A stretch of 64,000 bases of DNA, from positions 7,564,001 to 7,628,000 of the forward strand of contig OX597815.1 in NCBI GenBank assembly GCA_951406725.2, read 5' to 3'. Below, in pieces: positions 27,336-42,188 of the stretch; position 1 is the first letter of the stretch, and every line of letters begins with the position of its first letter. The translations under genes and the position numbers were made by a program. Below the pieces are notes generated by a model that was not told the DNA's origin, made no database searches, and saw only the letters and a list, made by a program, of their open reading frames with translations. Origin of the DNA: Octopus vulgaris (Eukaryota).

Positions 27336-30300
27336 CATGCGTGTATGTAGATAGGAAGGTGTGCGAGAGCCAGTGATAGTGTACTGGTTGTATAGTGATA
27401 TAGTGTGGAGGTGCATAGATAGCTTAGTGGTTAGGGTGCTGGACTCATGATCGTAAAATTGTGGTTTCGATTCCTGGACTAGTCAACGCGTTGTGTTCTT
27501 GAGCAAAACACTTCATTTCACGTTTGCTCCAGTCCACTCAGCTGGCAAAAAAAATGAGTAATCTGTGCAGATGGGGAATTTTTTACGTCATGGAAACCGA
27601 CCCTTTACGAGTCAGCATGATTCGAGTTTTTTTGTTTGTTTTTAATAGTGATATAATTGCAGATGGTCAACGTCATGGTGAAAGGTTATGATGATGATAA
27701 TAATGATGATCTACGATATTAAAAAAAAACAAACAACCTCTCCTCCTCCCCGTTGATTTTGGAGCGTTTTATCTGTCCCACGTATATTGCTGTCCTCATC
27801 TGTAACGTTTGAATTAAGCAGCTTAAGTTCTTTTACCAGGAATTCAACATCTGCTATGCTTTCATCCAGGGGTGGGGGTCGGTACAAATCCTGGAGTTAC
27901 AATAATATATAATGTGTGTGTGTATGACACAAATAATGCTTTTGACTACAAATACTTCATTTCATAAGTAACTCAACTTGATAATTCTGATCACACACGT
28001 ATTACAGGAATGTAATCTATCCCTGTATATTTTATTACTGTATCTTATCAACTCCAAAAGGATGGAAGGCAAAGACAGTCAATGAATTAGGAACGCATAA
28101 AAAAACTTGTAACTAAACTGCAAAATATTTTTTTTCCTCTGACGTTCTGCCAGTTTCTGCTAGACTTCTTCAAGTTGTGCACACGGGTATCAGACATGTT
28201 AATTGAAGCGAACTGTTTTAAAATTCTTGACCACATAAACAAACGCTCCTTTAATTTGGGACAAAGGCAAAGATGGAGGTGGTGGCTATTGTTTAGTGCT
28301 GGTTAAGCCCTTAGAAGACGAGTGACCAAATGCGATTTGTAATTACACCATTTTTCTTTACAACTTGCAAACGGAATTTCTTTTAACCTTGGTAAGCCCT
28401 GTTTCAGGTAGACACACGATCAAAGGCATTCCACCCGTAACCATTCTCTCTTCCTTACTGGATACGGTGCACCAATTCCTTCTTTAATATGGTGGTGGAG
28501 GTGTGATTTGGAGTTATTTCTAACGTGCTGAGTAGAAATTCGCAACGTTGAAAGAGACACTTATATCATTAAACACACGCATATACAATGTACGTTTCTG
28601 TGACAAAAAATACATTATGTGTTTGTTACTTACAATATTGGAAAAGAAAACGATGGTTCGCCACTGAATAGTCCCGTTTGTAGTTACGTCAAAATGTCCT
28701 CTTACTGAATCACGAAATGGTCCCACGTCGCGGTGCGTGTCACAACACTGTTACGAGACGGTCCCTTACAACTTGTCAACACTAACTTCTCTCACCACCA
28801 CCATCCTTGTCACACGCTTTGTTTACATATGTACATAATTCACAGACACAAACCTAACTACATACACATAAAATGAATCATACGAACAGACATAAAAATA
28901 ATAGACGTAAAACACACACACCTGAACTCAACCATGTCTGATTTAGTTGCCTTTTACACAAATTGAAGGCAACTTGGTTTTATATATATATAAAAAAAAA
29001 ATTTAAAAAAATATATATATATTTAAGGCGGCGAGCTGGCAGAAACGTTAGCGCACCGGATTAAATGCTTAGCGGTATTTCGTCTGTCGTTACGTTCTGA
29101 GTTCAAATTCCGCCGAGGTCGAATTTGCCTTTTCATCCTCTCGGGGGTCGATAAATAAAGTATCAGTTACGCACTGGGTCGATGTAATCGACTTAATCTC
29201 GTTGTCTGTCGGGGATCGATAAATAAAGTATCAGTGACGCACTGGGTCGATATAATCGACTTAATCCCTTTGTCTGTCCTTGTTTGTCCCCTCTATGTTT
29301 AGCCCTTTGTGGGCAATAAAGAAATATATATATAATCACAATTCCCATTTAGTAATTATGTAACATTCTCTGTAGGCGGAGATAATTCTAACATAGAATT
29401 TATGTTGTATAGTATTTGATATACTTGTATTTGTCTGAACATGTCACTAGCCACTCGTTTCCCCCTCTCCTTTTAGCTCGTTTTTGTTTATATATAATAT
29501 TACTATATAGCCTACCATCTTAACAAGGACGGACGAAGAAGCTCAAAGGCTAACTGACGACGTCTTTGAAGAGAAGCAACCTTCAAAGACCTCGCTACTG
29601 TCTGGTCACTTTTGACCATCTCACAGCTGGAGAACGATTAAAAGAAATTGTGGAGAACTGCCCTCAAACACTGCCAGGAGCAGAGAGAAAAGAGCAAAAC
29701 ACTTAGCATTCATATTTATTCTGTGTCTGTGTTTGAAGTTGTACGTCAAGGACTGGGATATGAAGTTGTCAAAAGTTCTAGAATTAATTGAAGAAAATGG
29801 CTGGCTATCATAGGATTCTATGGAGAATCATAAGTAAGTAATAAGAAGTCGGACTGCATATTCTATTCGCTTATAGAGGCTGGGCTATTGTGGTGTGATA
29901 ACAAGAGACTGCTCTTGCGTCGTGTAGTAAGTATAGTGACTATAAAAGGCTAGAAGCTGTAGTGTATCAATCATATAAGACAGTGAAGTGTACTTTATCC
30001 ACTGGCAGATATGTAAGTGGACACTGTTGTACAGATATCGATTTAGTAGACATAGAGATTACGAAATAGACGGCAAAAAGACAGCTTGGGAGAAGTATAA
30101 ATGAAGGGTGATAGAGAGATAGGCAGATCAGTTGAGATGTATATTTAGCATGAAGTCACGTGACACTAGTTCAATTAGACGCAGAGAAGGAGAGAGAGGG
30201 GGAGAAAATGTGAGGTCGGTATTGACTCCCTATACACGTATTTCCTCTAGTGACCGTATTTCACAAACTGCTTCTAACAATCAATAATGAACTATATAAG

Positions 30301-30423
30301 TTTGGAAACAACCGCCCAATCGAATCCGTGATCCGGTTTCGATTCTCATTAAGAACTATATTTCTTTTACTTACTGGGAATGGAGGGAAAAAGGTCGCAA
30401 AATTTCATGGAATATCTTTAAAG

Positions 30424-30821
30424 GGCGATCTTTCGTCTCTAGTAGACCTTTCCGTCGATTTCCGTAAAAAAAATTATTTTTTTTACATATGGGTTTGCGG
30501 GAACTTTTGAAGTAATATACATACATATACACATACACCGAGTAAAAAATTTCAGTTATCTCTTTCTTTCACACACACTAACAGAAGCACTTCACTTACA
30601 CAACATACTGTCTGTCTCCCACACCCCATCAAACACACACATGTACATCAATGCTTCACATGCACGGTAACTTCAAAAGAACTTCCCTCGTCATACAATC
30701 GCTTTCTCTTAGTCTCTTTCGCTCTCATTACTTCAAAAGTTCCCGCAAGTCCATATGTAAAAAAAAAAAAAATTTTTTTACGGATATCGACGGAAAGGTC
30801 TACTAGAGACGAAAGATTGCC
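30424..30821. mobile_element. MITE-like element with ~90-bp terminal inverted repeats
   Basis: 30424-30516 is the reverse complement of 30727-30821 (GGCGATCTTTCGTCTCTAGTAGACCTTTCCGTCG...). No clear TSD. Confidence 0.75.
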
Positions 30822-33800
30822 ATATAGTTCTACCGATTGCTTGACTGTAAATTATACCATTCCATTTTTAAAATAACAGCTTGTGTGTTTGCATCCCATC
30901 CTAATGTAGAAATAAAGAAATAGCATTTGTTAAAAAGCGCTCGTACAAGTTGTCATACATTTCACGCAAGACAACAAGTACCCCCTCCCCCTTTTACTTC
31001 GAATGATCCCACACGAGCCACCTCCCCCTACAGGATAGACATTCATTCTCCTTTCACACGCACATGGATTACAAAGGAGATCCTTAAAGGTCGTCCCCAG
31101 TTGAGAGAAATATCAGGGAAATCTCCAAAGAGCACGATTAAATAATGTGCTTCTACATATAACTAATGGATTGAAAAAAGTTTTAGATAGGCGCAGGAGT
31201 GGCTGTGTGATAAGTAGCTTGCTTACCAACCACATGGTTCTGGGTTCAGTCCCACTGCGTGGCACCTTGGGCAAGTGTCTTCTACTATAGCCTCGGGCCG
31301 ACCAAAGCCTTGTGAGTGGATTTGGTAGACGGAAACTGAAAGAAGCCCGTCGTATGTGTGTGTGTATGTATGTACGTACGTGTGTGTGTATATATATTTG
31401 TGTGTCTGTGTTTGTCCCCCCCCCCACCCACAACATCGCTTGACAACCGATGCTGGTGTGTTTACGTCACCGTAACTTAGCGGTTCGGCAATTGAGACCG
31501 ATAGAATAAATACTAGGCTTACAAAGTATAAGTCCTGGGGTCGATTAGTTCGACTAAAAAGGCGGTGCTCCAGCATGGCCGCAGTCAAATGACTGAAACA
31601 AGTAAAGAGTAAAAGAAAAACAGTCACAGCCGGATCTGGATTGCTTTTGATCCTCACAGGTTCCGTCACGATCAGGACCGACAGAAGTTTTGAAGTTCAG
31701 GCGTGGGCTACATCTCCGCCGAAGTTTGTTAAGTTACCAATAAATCGATCAATGTTCAATCATATCGTTTATTCAACAAGAGTCACTGCTGCCAAAATAC
31801 AACTAAACGCATGCATTTCCCCTTCGCTAGCATCGCTTCTTTTCAATTGCTAGCTTATCTATGCAATTATGGCTTCCATATTTGGGACAGTGCTTATGTT
31901 ACACATACAAACAACTTCGACTCACATTACGCTAGTCGTTCGTGTATCTCGGAGATATGCTGCTGTTACATACACAGAGACCATGCCAGACCCACTGCTG
32001 ACATATCTGGGGAGAAGAGGACAGTGTAACACGCAGAAACATCGTATAATTACATTACAGTCCGGCCCATAAATCTGGGATAGCGCTGCTGTTACACGTG
32101 CGAACATCTGGGACAGATTGCCGTTACACACACACACAAATATCCGAATATCAGCGCAGCGTTTTCCCACCCGCAGCTCCCAGAGAACATTAGGGTTCCA
32201 CGAGAAACTGTGATAAATTGGCAAATAATATATAAAAGCAATTTTGGACAGATTTTGCGGTTATTGCTTTATTGATAATTTTATTATAGACGCAGGCGGC
32301 GTATCCCTTAAAACCTAACATCTGTAGATCATAAGAGGAAATTTGGAAAAATTACTTCTCGTGGGTAATAGATGGGGATTTTGGTCTCAGTTGAAATTAC
32401 TTGGTATCAATAATCTCTTATGAAATTTTAACGTTATGAAAGAGGAAAAGATTATTAAAAGTATAAATAAAGGGGTTCCTGAGACATGGGATGTTTTTCA
32501 AAGTTTCCCCATGAGTAAAAGCCTGGAAAACGCTGTCCTTGGCCCACATTACAGTACTGCTTACATATATGGGACAACGCTGCTATCACACACACAAACA
32601 TAGCGGCCCAGTGCTTCTCAAACTGACAAACACCAGCCTCTCCCAATATTAGTTAATTTTTTTTTGTCTCTTTCCTCTGTTTATGAGAAAACAATATAAT
32701 TTCTTGCTTTACCATCATGTTGGAGAAGTTTAAAAAGAGAAAAAAAAAATTGACCAAATTCTTTTTTATCAAACATGGCCATTTGCCCTCCACTCTACAA
32801 CTTTCATAGCTCCCATCTATGAAAAGCACACACATTACTGCTAATATATTTGAAAAGTTCTTTTATACAAACGCACGCACAGACATTGTAAACACGCCCA
32901 AAGCAAAACACTTCAACTAATTGACAACAATCAAGTGGCCTGAACTCTTTACATGAACACCACCCTGTACATAACTCCATGTCCCCCTACATGGCCTTGC
33001 TTTTTGCTTTTTGAGCCAAAAAATTAACTAACTAACGACCACCACTCAACCAATGAGGTAACAAATTAATCAACATCAGACTTGATTACTGCAGGAGAGT
33101 AAGAAAAGTAGGGGACAGTGAATTATTCGGAAGAGCAGACCCAGTTTACGTTGTGAGTTCAAATTCCGCCGAGGTCGACTTTGCCTTTCATCCTTTCGGG
33201 GTCGATAAATTAAGTACCAGTTACGCATTGGGGTCGATGGAAGCGACTTAATACCTATGTCTGTCCTTGTTTGTCCCCTCCGTGTTTAGCCCCTCGTGGG
33301 TAATAAAGAAATAGGTGTGAAGGACACGAAGGACAGAGCGCAACAAGAACGATCTTTCTATTTCTAGCATTACTTCGTCCTATGGCCAAGACCCATATAT
33401 AGTCTGCACTTCAAGATGCGATGGTCACCGTGGTTGTGGCTGATCTATGCGGTACGACTCAGTCCCTTGTTTGAAGCCGTGGCGAGAGACGAGAAAGGAG
33501 CAGAGGTTTTCTTGGCAGAACCGAGCGCAAAAGCAGGCTGCACGCGACGCCGCCTGGCGGCAGGGCGTGGTTCTTCATCGGACGACAGCAAGGAAGTGGA
33601 CAACGGACCGCCGATCGAGCGCCAAACGCCGGCAAGAACACACACGCACGGTTAAAAAGTTCGTTAAGAGAAGTGAGCTGTCTGAAACAGTAGCGGCGAA
33701 CTGGCAGAACCGTTAGCACAGCGGGCGAAATGCTTAGTGGTATTTCGTCTGCGTTACGTTGTGAGTTCAAATTCCGCCGAGGTCGACTTTGCCTTTCATC

Positions 33801-34719
33801 CTTTCGGGATCGATAAATTACGTACCAGTTACGCACTGGGGTCGATGTAATCGACTTAATACCTATGTCTGTCCTTGTTTGTCCCCTCTGTGTTTAGCCC
33901 CTTGTGGGCAGTAAATAAATAGGTATTTCGTCTGTCGTTACGTTCTGAGTTCAAATTCCGCTGAGGTCGATTAAATTAGTACCAGTTACACACCGAGGTC
34001 GATGTAGTCGACTAAAACCCTTTGTCTGTCCTTGTTTGTCCCCTCTATGTTTAGCCCCTCGTGGGCAATAAAGAAATATGAAGCAGTAGCTACTGTATTT
34101 TATACGAAGGAAAGACTTCTATACATTCAGGATGGAGAGAAGAGACGATGAGAATTTTGTCAGTTGGGTTCTGAGATAACCAATCACTAGTTAGGCAGAA
34201 AGATCGATACGCACTTCAGTACCAACGATTTCCAACAATATTAGCCACCACTCAATGGCTGTGACATGCTGACACGGGACACCAGATTGTCTGTATAACC
34301 CGAGACAAGTTGCATCAAATAAAGCAGTCCACTCTTCCAGGAATCAAGAATCACTGGATTGATATACAAAGCAGAAGTAATTTAAACATTTCTTAAGGAG
34401 GTCGTCTGTAAAGATTTTCCGGAAGTAGGAGCAGTCCGAAAGGGATATCGATAACATAAATATTTACTGGTAATTTTAAACAGTAAACCTTTATAGTTCC
34501 ATTTTAATTAAAACCAGGAAAATAAACTATGTACAGCTTCACATTATACAGTATGTAATCTGAAAACGATTCATATTAACTGGGTTGAGGATATGGCAAA
34601 GGAATAAGGGCAATATGTTTTCTTTGATGTTTTAACGGAACCTTGCTTAGAATATTTGCTCTATTAACACAGGATGTTTCGTCCTCCTCCATCGTATATC
34701 CATATATATAATTAATTGT

Positions 34720-35082
34720 GGGGGCGCAATGGCCCAGTGGTTAGGGCAGCGGACTCGCGGTTTCGATTCCCAGACCGGGCGTTGTGAGTGTTTATTGAGC
34801 GAAAACACCTAAAAGCTCCACGAGGATCCGGCAGGGGATGGTGGTGATCTCTGCTGTACTCTTTCACCACAACTTTCTCTCACTCTTACTTCCTGTTTCT
34901 GTTGTACCTGTATTTCAAAGGGCCGGCCTTGCCTGTGTCACGCTGAATATCCCCGAGAACTACGTTAAGGGTGCACGTGTCTGTGGAGTTCTCAGCCACT
35001 TACACGTTAATTTCACGAGCAGGCTGTTCCGTTGATTCGGATCAACCGGAACCCTCGTCGTTGTAACCGACGGAATGCTTCC
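34720..35082 (+). mobile_element. tRNA-derived SINE family C with a 14-bp TSD
   Basis: Head GGCGCAATGGCCCAGTGGTTAGGGCAGCG...TTCGATTCCC. TSD ATATAATTAATTGT at 34706-34719 and 35083-35096. Other copies at 37232 and 63140; relatives at 9763, 27410 and 13115(-). Confidence 0.88.
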
Positions 35083-35495
35083 ATATAATTAATTGTACCG
35101 TCAAATTACTAAGTGGACTCTGTCCACTAACAAATTGGCAGTCGAGAACTAAACTTTCTCGATGACTTTATGATTCGGATGAACAAGGCCAGCCCATGGG
35201 TGAGGGTGGAAGTGATATCTCATTTCTACAGCTGAGTGAATTAGATTAACAAGAAATAAAGTATCTTGCTCAAGAACACAACACACAGCCAGGAATCGAA
35301 CTCACTGCTTTCATAATTGTGAAATAATGGATATAGGCGCAGGAGTGGCTGTGTGGTAAGTAGCTTGCTAATCAACCACATGGTTCCGGGTTCAGTCCCA
35401 CTGCGTGGCATCTTGAGCAAGTGTCTTCTGCTATAGCCCCGGGCCGACCAATGCCTTGTGGGTGGATTTGGTAGACGGAAACTGAAAGAAGCCTG

Positions 35496-35534
<39 letters not shown>

Positions 35535-36369
35535 GTGTGTGTATATGTTTGTGTGTCTGTGTTTGTTCCCCCTAGCATTGCTTGACAACCGATGCTGGTG
35601 TGTTTACGTCCCCGTCACTTAGCGGTTCGGCAATAAGTACTGGGCTTACAAAAAATAAGTCCCGGGGTCGATTTGCTCGACTAAAGGCGGTGCTCCAGCA
35701 TGGCCGCAGTCAAATGACTGAAACAAGTAAAAGAGTATATATTGATTTCTAATTTTGGTACAAGACCTGCAGTTTCGCGGGAAGTGACAAGTCGATTACA
35801 TCGATCCAAGCAATCAACTGGTACTTATTTTATCGACCCCGAAAAGACGAAAGGCAAAGTCGACTTCAGCGCAACTTGAACTCAGAACGCATGCTGTTCG
35901 TGACATTTAGAACATCTTATTTGTTATTCTGAAATAACGAATATATATTTCTTCATTGCCCACAAGGGGCTAAACATAGAAAGGACAAACAAGGACAGAC
36001 AAAGGGATTACATCGACCCCAGTGCGCAACTGGTACTTAATTTATTGACCCCGAAAGGATGAAAGGCAAAGTCGACCTCGGCGGAATTTGAACTCAGAAC
36101 GTAACGACAGACGAAATACGGCTACGCATTTCGCCCGGCGTGCTAACGTTCCTGCCAGCTCGCCGCCTTAATAACGAATATATATTAGTGACAATACATA
36201 CAAGATATTCTAAACGCCATGCACGGCAGTCTGTGTGTGTGTGTCTGTGAAGACTAGCTGAATGCTGTCCACGAGAAAGGCTACCGTCTAAAGATTCATG
36301 CAGCTTTGGACACATCGCAATCGTTGTTCTCAGAACGGTGTCGAAGGGCCGAAACAGACACTGCAAGGC

Positions 36370-36464
36370 CAGTGGCGTAGCGTGCGGTCCCTCTACTATC
36401 CATGCAGGATGACCCCTTGATACACGCGCGAGGGAGTGGCAAAAACCCTGCGTTACGCTATTTG
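36370..36464. mobile_element. Small hAT-type MITE
   Basis: Termini CAGTGGCGTAGCG and CGTTACGCTATTTG. 8-bp flanks TGCAAGGC and TGTAAGGC match at 7/8. Confidence 0.55.
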
Positions 36465-37138
36465 TGTAAGGCATCTTTATCTGACATTCTAACATAATAT
36501 CCATGTGTCTATCATCATCACACACACACAAACACGGCCATGGGGCACCGCCCTCAACGACGAGCTGGCAGAAACGTTAGCACGTCGGGCGAAATGCTTA
36601 GCGGTATTTCGTCTGCGTTACGTTGCGAGTTCAAATTCCGCCGAGGTCGACTTTGCCTTTCATCCTTTCGGGGTCGATAAATTAAGTACCAGTTACGCAC
36701 TGGGGTCGATGTAATCGACTTAATACCTATGTCTGTCTTTGTTTGTCCCCTCTATGTTTAGCCCCTTGTGGGTAATAAAGCAACGGTTTGTTTAGTCGAA
36801 CAAATCGACCCCCAGTACCTTATTTTTAATTCTGTTACTTACCCTATCGGTTCATTTAGCCGAACCGCTAGGTTACTGAGACGTGAACAAACCAACACCG
36901 ATTGCCAAGTGGCTGTAGTGTGGGGACGGGGACAAGCACACACATCACACATACATATACAACAGGCGTCCACACAGTTACCCTCACAAAGCATTGGTCG
37001 GCCCGGAGCTATTATAGTGGGAAGCACCACGCCAAGGTGCCGTGCAGTAGGGCTGAACCCCAAACCACGAGGTTACAAAGACACATACAAGGTACAAAGA
37101 TTGCTATTGAACACCATATATATACATATATACACGCA

Positions 37139-37171
<33 letters not shown>

Positions 37172-38026
37172 GCGTGTGTGTGCGCGCGCGTGCGTGTGTG
37201 TGTGTGTGCGTGCGCGCGTGTGTGTGTGTGTGGAGGCGCAATGGACCAATGGTTAGGGCAGCGAACTCGCGGTCGTAGGATCGCGGTTTCGACTCCCGGG
37301 CATTGTGAGTGTTTATTGAGCGAAAACACCTAAAGCTCCAAGAGGCTCCAGCAGGGGGTGGTGGCGATCCCTGCTGTACTCTTTCGCCACAACTTTCTCT
37401 CACTCTTTCTTCCTATTGGCCTGCTCGCTTAGCCAGCGGGGTGGCGTCATTTGAAGGCTAAAAAACAATGCGAGGCGCATTGTGACCAGCGATGTGTAGC
37501 AACATCTGATAGTGTTTGGTCGATCAAGGTGATATATATATAGTTAATCCAAACATGAAAAAACACCAACGCGAGGACGTGGAACGAGTATAAGTGTTAT
37601 TGGACGCCGTACACACCTTTATTGTACTTGCAAAGTAGACAGTCGCCACACCTTACACTATTCAATACAGTTCTATATCATACACACACGCACACACACA
37701 ATTCAGATAAACATACTACAATCAATACACGCACTTGTCGGCCGAATTGTACGCAAGCGCGCGCACACCGACCAACATACACGCACCCGTTTCCTCTACA
37801 CAATAGAACTACCCGCTACCACTCCGGCACCCGACACGCCAAGCTTAAACAATAAACAGCGTTGACGTTTTTTTTCAGTGAACTTTTTTCATACATCAAA
37901 GCATACCGTCGGGAGAACGCCCCAAAACAACAGACACACAGACAGTCAGTTGATCAAAGATGTTCCTTCCGTGGCCATCAAGGCGACGACTGCATTTATA
38001 TAGTGTCTGTCTCCATTAGTGAAGAC

Positions 38027-38964
38027 AGGAGTGGCTGTGTGGTAAGTAGCTTGCTAACCAACCACATGGTTCTGGGTTCAGTCCCACTGCGTGGCATCTT
38101 GGGCGAGTGTCTTCTGCTATAGCCCCGGGCCGACCAATGCCTTGTGAGTGGATTTGGTAGACGGAAACTGAAAGAAGCCTGTCGTATATATGTATATGTG
38201 TATGTGTGTGTGTTTGTGTGTCTGTGTTTGTCCCTCTAGCATTGCTTGACAACCGATGCTGGTGTGTTTACGTCCCCGTCACTTAGCGGTTCGGCAAAAT
38301 GGACCGATAGAATAAGTACTGGGCTTACAAAGAATAAGTCCTGGGGTCGAGTTGCTCGACTAAAGGCGGTGCTCCAGCACGGCCGCACAGTCAAATGGCT
38401 GAAACCAGTAAAAGAGTGTATGTTGTAGAAGATGTGTAGTAGTAGTAGTATACTGATGTTTTTGTTGTTGGGTGTTACATTGTTAGTGTGAAAAATAAAA
38501 ACTTGTTTTCGCGGCGACCTGGACGAGAGGATAAAGTGTGTGTGTGTGTGTCCGTATGTATATACTCTTTTCTCTTTTACTTGTTTCAGTCATTTGACTG
38601 CGGCCATGCTAGAGCACCGCCTTTACTCGAGCAACTCGACCCCGGGACTTATTCTTTTGTAAGCCCAGTACTTATTCTATCGGTCGCCTTTGCCGAACCG
38701 CTAAGTGACGGGGACGTAAACACACCAGCATCGGTTGTCAAGCAATGCTAGAGGGACAAACACATATACACAAACACGCATATATATATATACATATATA
38801 CGACGGGCTTCTTTCAGTTTCCGTCTACCAAATCCACTCACAAGGCATTGGTCGGCTCGAGGCTATAGTAGAAGACACTTGCCCAAGGTGCCACGCAGTG
38901 GGACTGAACCCAGAACCATGTGGTTGGTAAACAAGCTACTTACCACACAGCCACTCCTGCGCCT
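38027..38964. mobile_element. Inverted pair of family B SINEs (38027-38417 plus, 38570-38964 minus)
   Basis: Two near-full-length copies lie tail-to-tail about 150 bp apart. Confidence 0.9.
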
Positions 38965-39431
38965 TATATATATTTATTTGAAATATATGTACACAAGACC
39001 TACAGAAGGGTCAGATAGCCAGAGAGAGACATTGATAAGCAACATAACACATAGACCGACAGACGAATAAGATAACTGAATGCATAGATAGATAGAATAG
39101 ATTTGGAAGGCGCTAACACTTGATAAGGAAATATATATAAAACAGAAGTGACATGGAAAAGTATACTGACCATTCACTACAGGCATGTATGTGTGTATAT
39201 ATATATATATGGTGCCCCAGCATGGCCGCGGCCTTTGGGCTAAAACATTTTTAAGGATTTAAGGATATATATAGGAGTGGCTGTGTGGTAAGTAGCTTGC
39301 TAACCAACCACATGGTTCAGTCCCATTGCGTGGCATCTTGGGCAAGTGCCTTCTGCTATAGCCCTGGGCTGACCAATGCCTTGTGAGTGGATTTGGTAGA
39401 CGGAAACTGAAAGAAGCCTGTCGTATATATG

Positions 39432-39476
<45 letters not shown>

Positions 39477-39825
39477 TTGTGTGTCTGTGTTTGTCCCCCT
39501 AGCATTGCTTGACAACCGATGTTGGTGTGTTTACGTCCCCGTCACTTAGCGGTTCGGCAAAAGAGACCGATAGAATAAGTACTGGGCTTACAAAAAGAAT
39601 AAGTCCCGGGGTCGAGTTGCACGATTAAAGGCGGTGCTCCAGCATGGCCGCAGTCAAATGACTGAAACAAGTAAAAGAGTAATATATTTCTTTACTACCC
39701 ACAAGGGGCTAAACAGAGGGGACAAACAAGGACAGGCAAACGGATTAAGTCGATTACATCGACCCCAGTGCGTAACTGGTACTTAATTTATCGACCCCGA
39801 AAGGATGAAAGGCAAAGTCGACCTT

Positions 39826-39859
<34 letters not shown>

Positions 39860-39955
39860 GTTAACGTCCGCTTTCCATGCTAGCATGGGTTGGACGATTT
39901 CACTGCCAACCCATGCTAGCATGGAAAGCGGACGTTAAATGATGATGATGATGAT
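39826..39955. repeat. Palindrome of two family D 3' ends
   Basis: (CAT)n-TTAACGTCCGCTTTCCATGCTAGCATGGGTTGG, a short spacer, then CCAACCCATGCTAGCATGGAAAGCGGACGTTAA-(ATG)n. Confidence 0.9.
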
Positions 39956-40830
39956 ATATGGAGCTGGTAGAAACGTTAGCACGCCGGGCGAAATTCGTAG
40001 CCGTATTTCGTCTGTCGTTACGTTCCGAGTTCAAATTCAGGCGAGATCGACTTTGCCTTTCATCCTTTCGGGGTCGATAAAATTAAGTACCAGTTACGCA
40101 CTGGGGTCGATGTAATCGACTGAATTCCTTTGTCTGTCCTTGTTTGTTCCCTCTATGTTTAACCCCTTGTGGGTAGTAAAGAAATATATATATATATATA
40201 TACATATTAGAGGGAAACCACTATGTGGACACCCTTATGCTAGAAATAGATCCGCTATGGTCTTACCACTAAGAAATGTTCTCAAGAAAAATTTAATATA
40301 CGTATGTGTGTGTGTGTGTATAAAGAATCTTGCAACCCAGATACAAAAACGTATATGTGTGTATGAGAAAAGTGATAAAACAGATCGATGTACAGATAAC
40401 GGGGAGTGGGAGGGCAGATAGATCGATAGATAGACAGATATTTGATGAAACCGTGGAGAAAAAGAGAGCTACGGAGCAAGCGAGAGAGAGGAGGGAGGAT
40501 AGAGAGAGAAGAGAAGAGCGGAGCGGAGGGAGTTTAGAAGCTGACTTTAGCTGATACATCTCCGCTTAAACATCAAAGAACTGATTCATAAGCCAGATGT
40601 ATGCCGCATGTAGTCTCGGTCGGTGTGTGTGCGTGTGTACGCCCGGACACACATACACACTTACCTGCTTTGTTTCCGCATACACACGAATGTTTATCTG
40701 GAAGTAGATAAACACATTTATATACATACGTACAAAAAAAAGTAAGCTAGATCTAGTATGTGTGTGTGTGCGTGTTTATTTTTCTATCTACCTATCAATC
40801 TTTCTTTCTATCTACCTACCTACCTACCTG

Positions 40831-40898
<68 letters not shown>

Positions 40899-41133
40899 CC
40901 TATCTATCCGTCTATCTATCTGTCTATCTATCTATCTACCTATCTATCAATCTATCTGTCTATATAAATTTGTTTTTACTTATTACTTATATATTTATCA
41001 TTCATTTTATACTTTTTGAGATCTAGTCCCTAGTTTATAAGTTATATATTTAAAAATATATATATTATTTATTATTTATGTATTGGTTTATGTCTATCAC
41101 TGAGTTGCCTAATAGTGGTTTTATCTCTAATTC

Positions 41134-41211
<78 letters not shown>

Positions 41212-42188
41212 TTAACATACTTTCACCTATAGTATGTTATATATCGTGCTAAAGTGTATTTATATAAAACTTGTGTATAAACTATACTGCAAGGGATAAT
41301 TGTATATTTATATAAACACACTATATAATGTAAAGGTAGGTATATTTATGAATAGACACACGTTTCGATAATGTACACACTGCTTTGTTTTTATAATTGT
41401 GTATATGCAATCTCTACTGTGTTTAGTTGTGCGTTTTGATTGAATAACGGAGAAACTTTTCACGTATACATTTTGCGAGGAAAGAACTGTGTCTATATAT
41501 ATATGTGTGTATATACATTCATGTGTGAGATCATACCTGATACATGCAATAATAGGTTAATGTGTGTATATATATGAATATATATATATAGATATACATA
41601 TATGCATACATATATATGTGCACGCACGTATGAAGGTTTAAGAAAAGTGTGTTTGTAATAGTTGTTAGAATAAACTCCTCGTAACTATATATAGACTGAT
41701 ATATATATATATGTATGTGTATGTATGTATGTATGTATGCAAGTCAAACATATGAGATGCGTGTATGTTGTAATTATGGCGTGTATAAAAAGTTTAGGGG
41801 GGAAAAAAACGTATGTTTAAAAGTGGTAAAAAGTCAACTTGTGATTGTGTGTGCGTGCTGATATAGAACCAAGGTGTGTGTTAGATTCGAACACTCTCCC
41901 AGCCTACTCCTGCCATTGCTGCTACGATCCTATTTAACTCGGTAATTTCTTCAGATCTTTTACCAAAAAAAAAAATGTGAAAAAAATGTGTAAAAGAGAA
42001 GCAATATCATATTAACAACAGAACTGGAAGTTGGCAAACTGTAATAAAATAGTTTTTTTTTTACTTTTTTATAAAAATAAAATAAATTTTAGACATTTCT
42101 GTGTGTTGTTTAGCAAATAGATAAGAAAACAATACTTAAAAAAAAAAATCAATATAAAATCGAAATAAGACTAGAAATCGATATTTTC

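Noticed and set aside
31875-32605. CRISPR-like repeat-spacer appearance
   Set aside because: Repeats are too degenerate, spacing is irregular, there are no cas genes, and the context is eukaryotic.
34720-34790. tRNA gene calls for SINE heads
   Set aside because: The heads continue into multicopy SINE bodies with TSDs and lack a complete cloverleaf.
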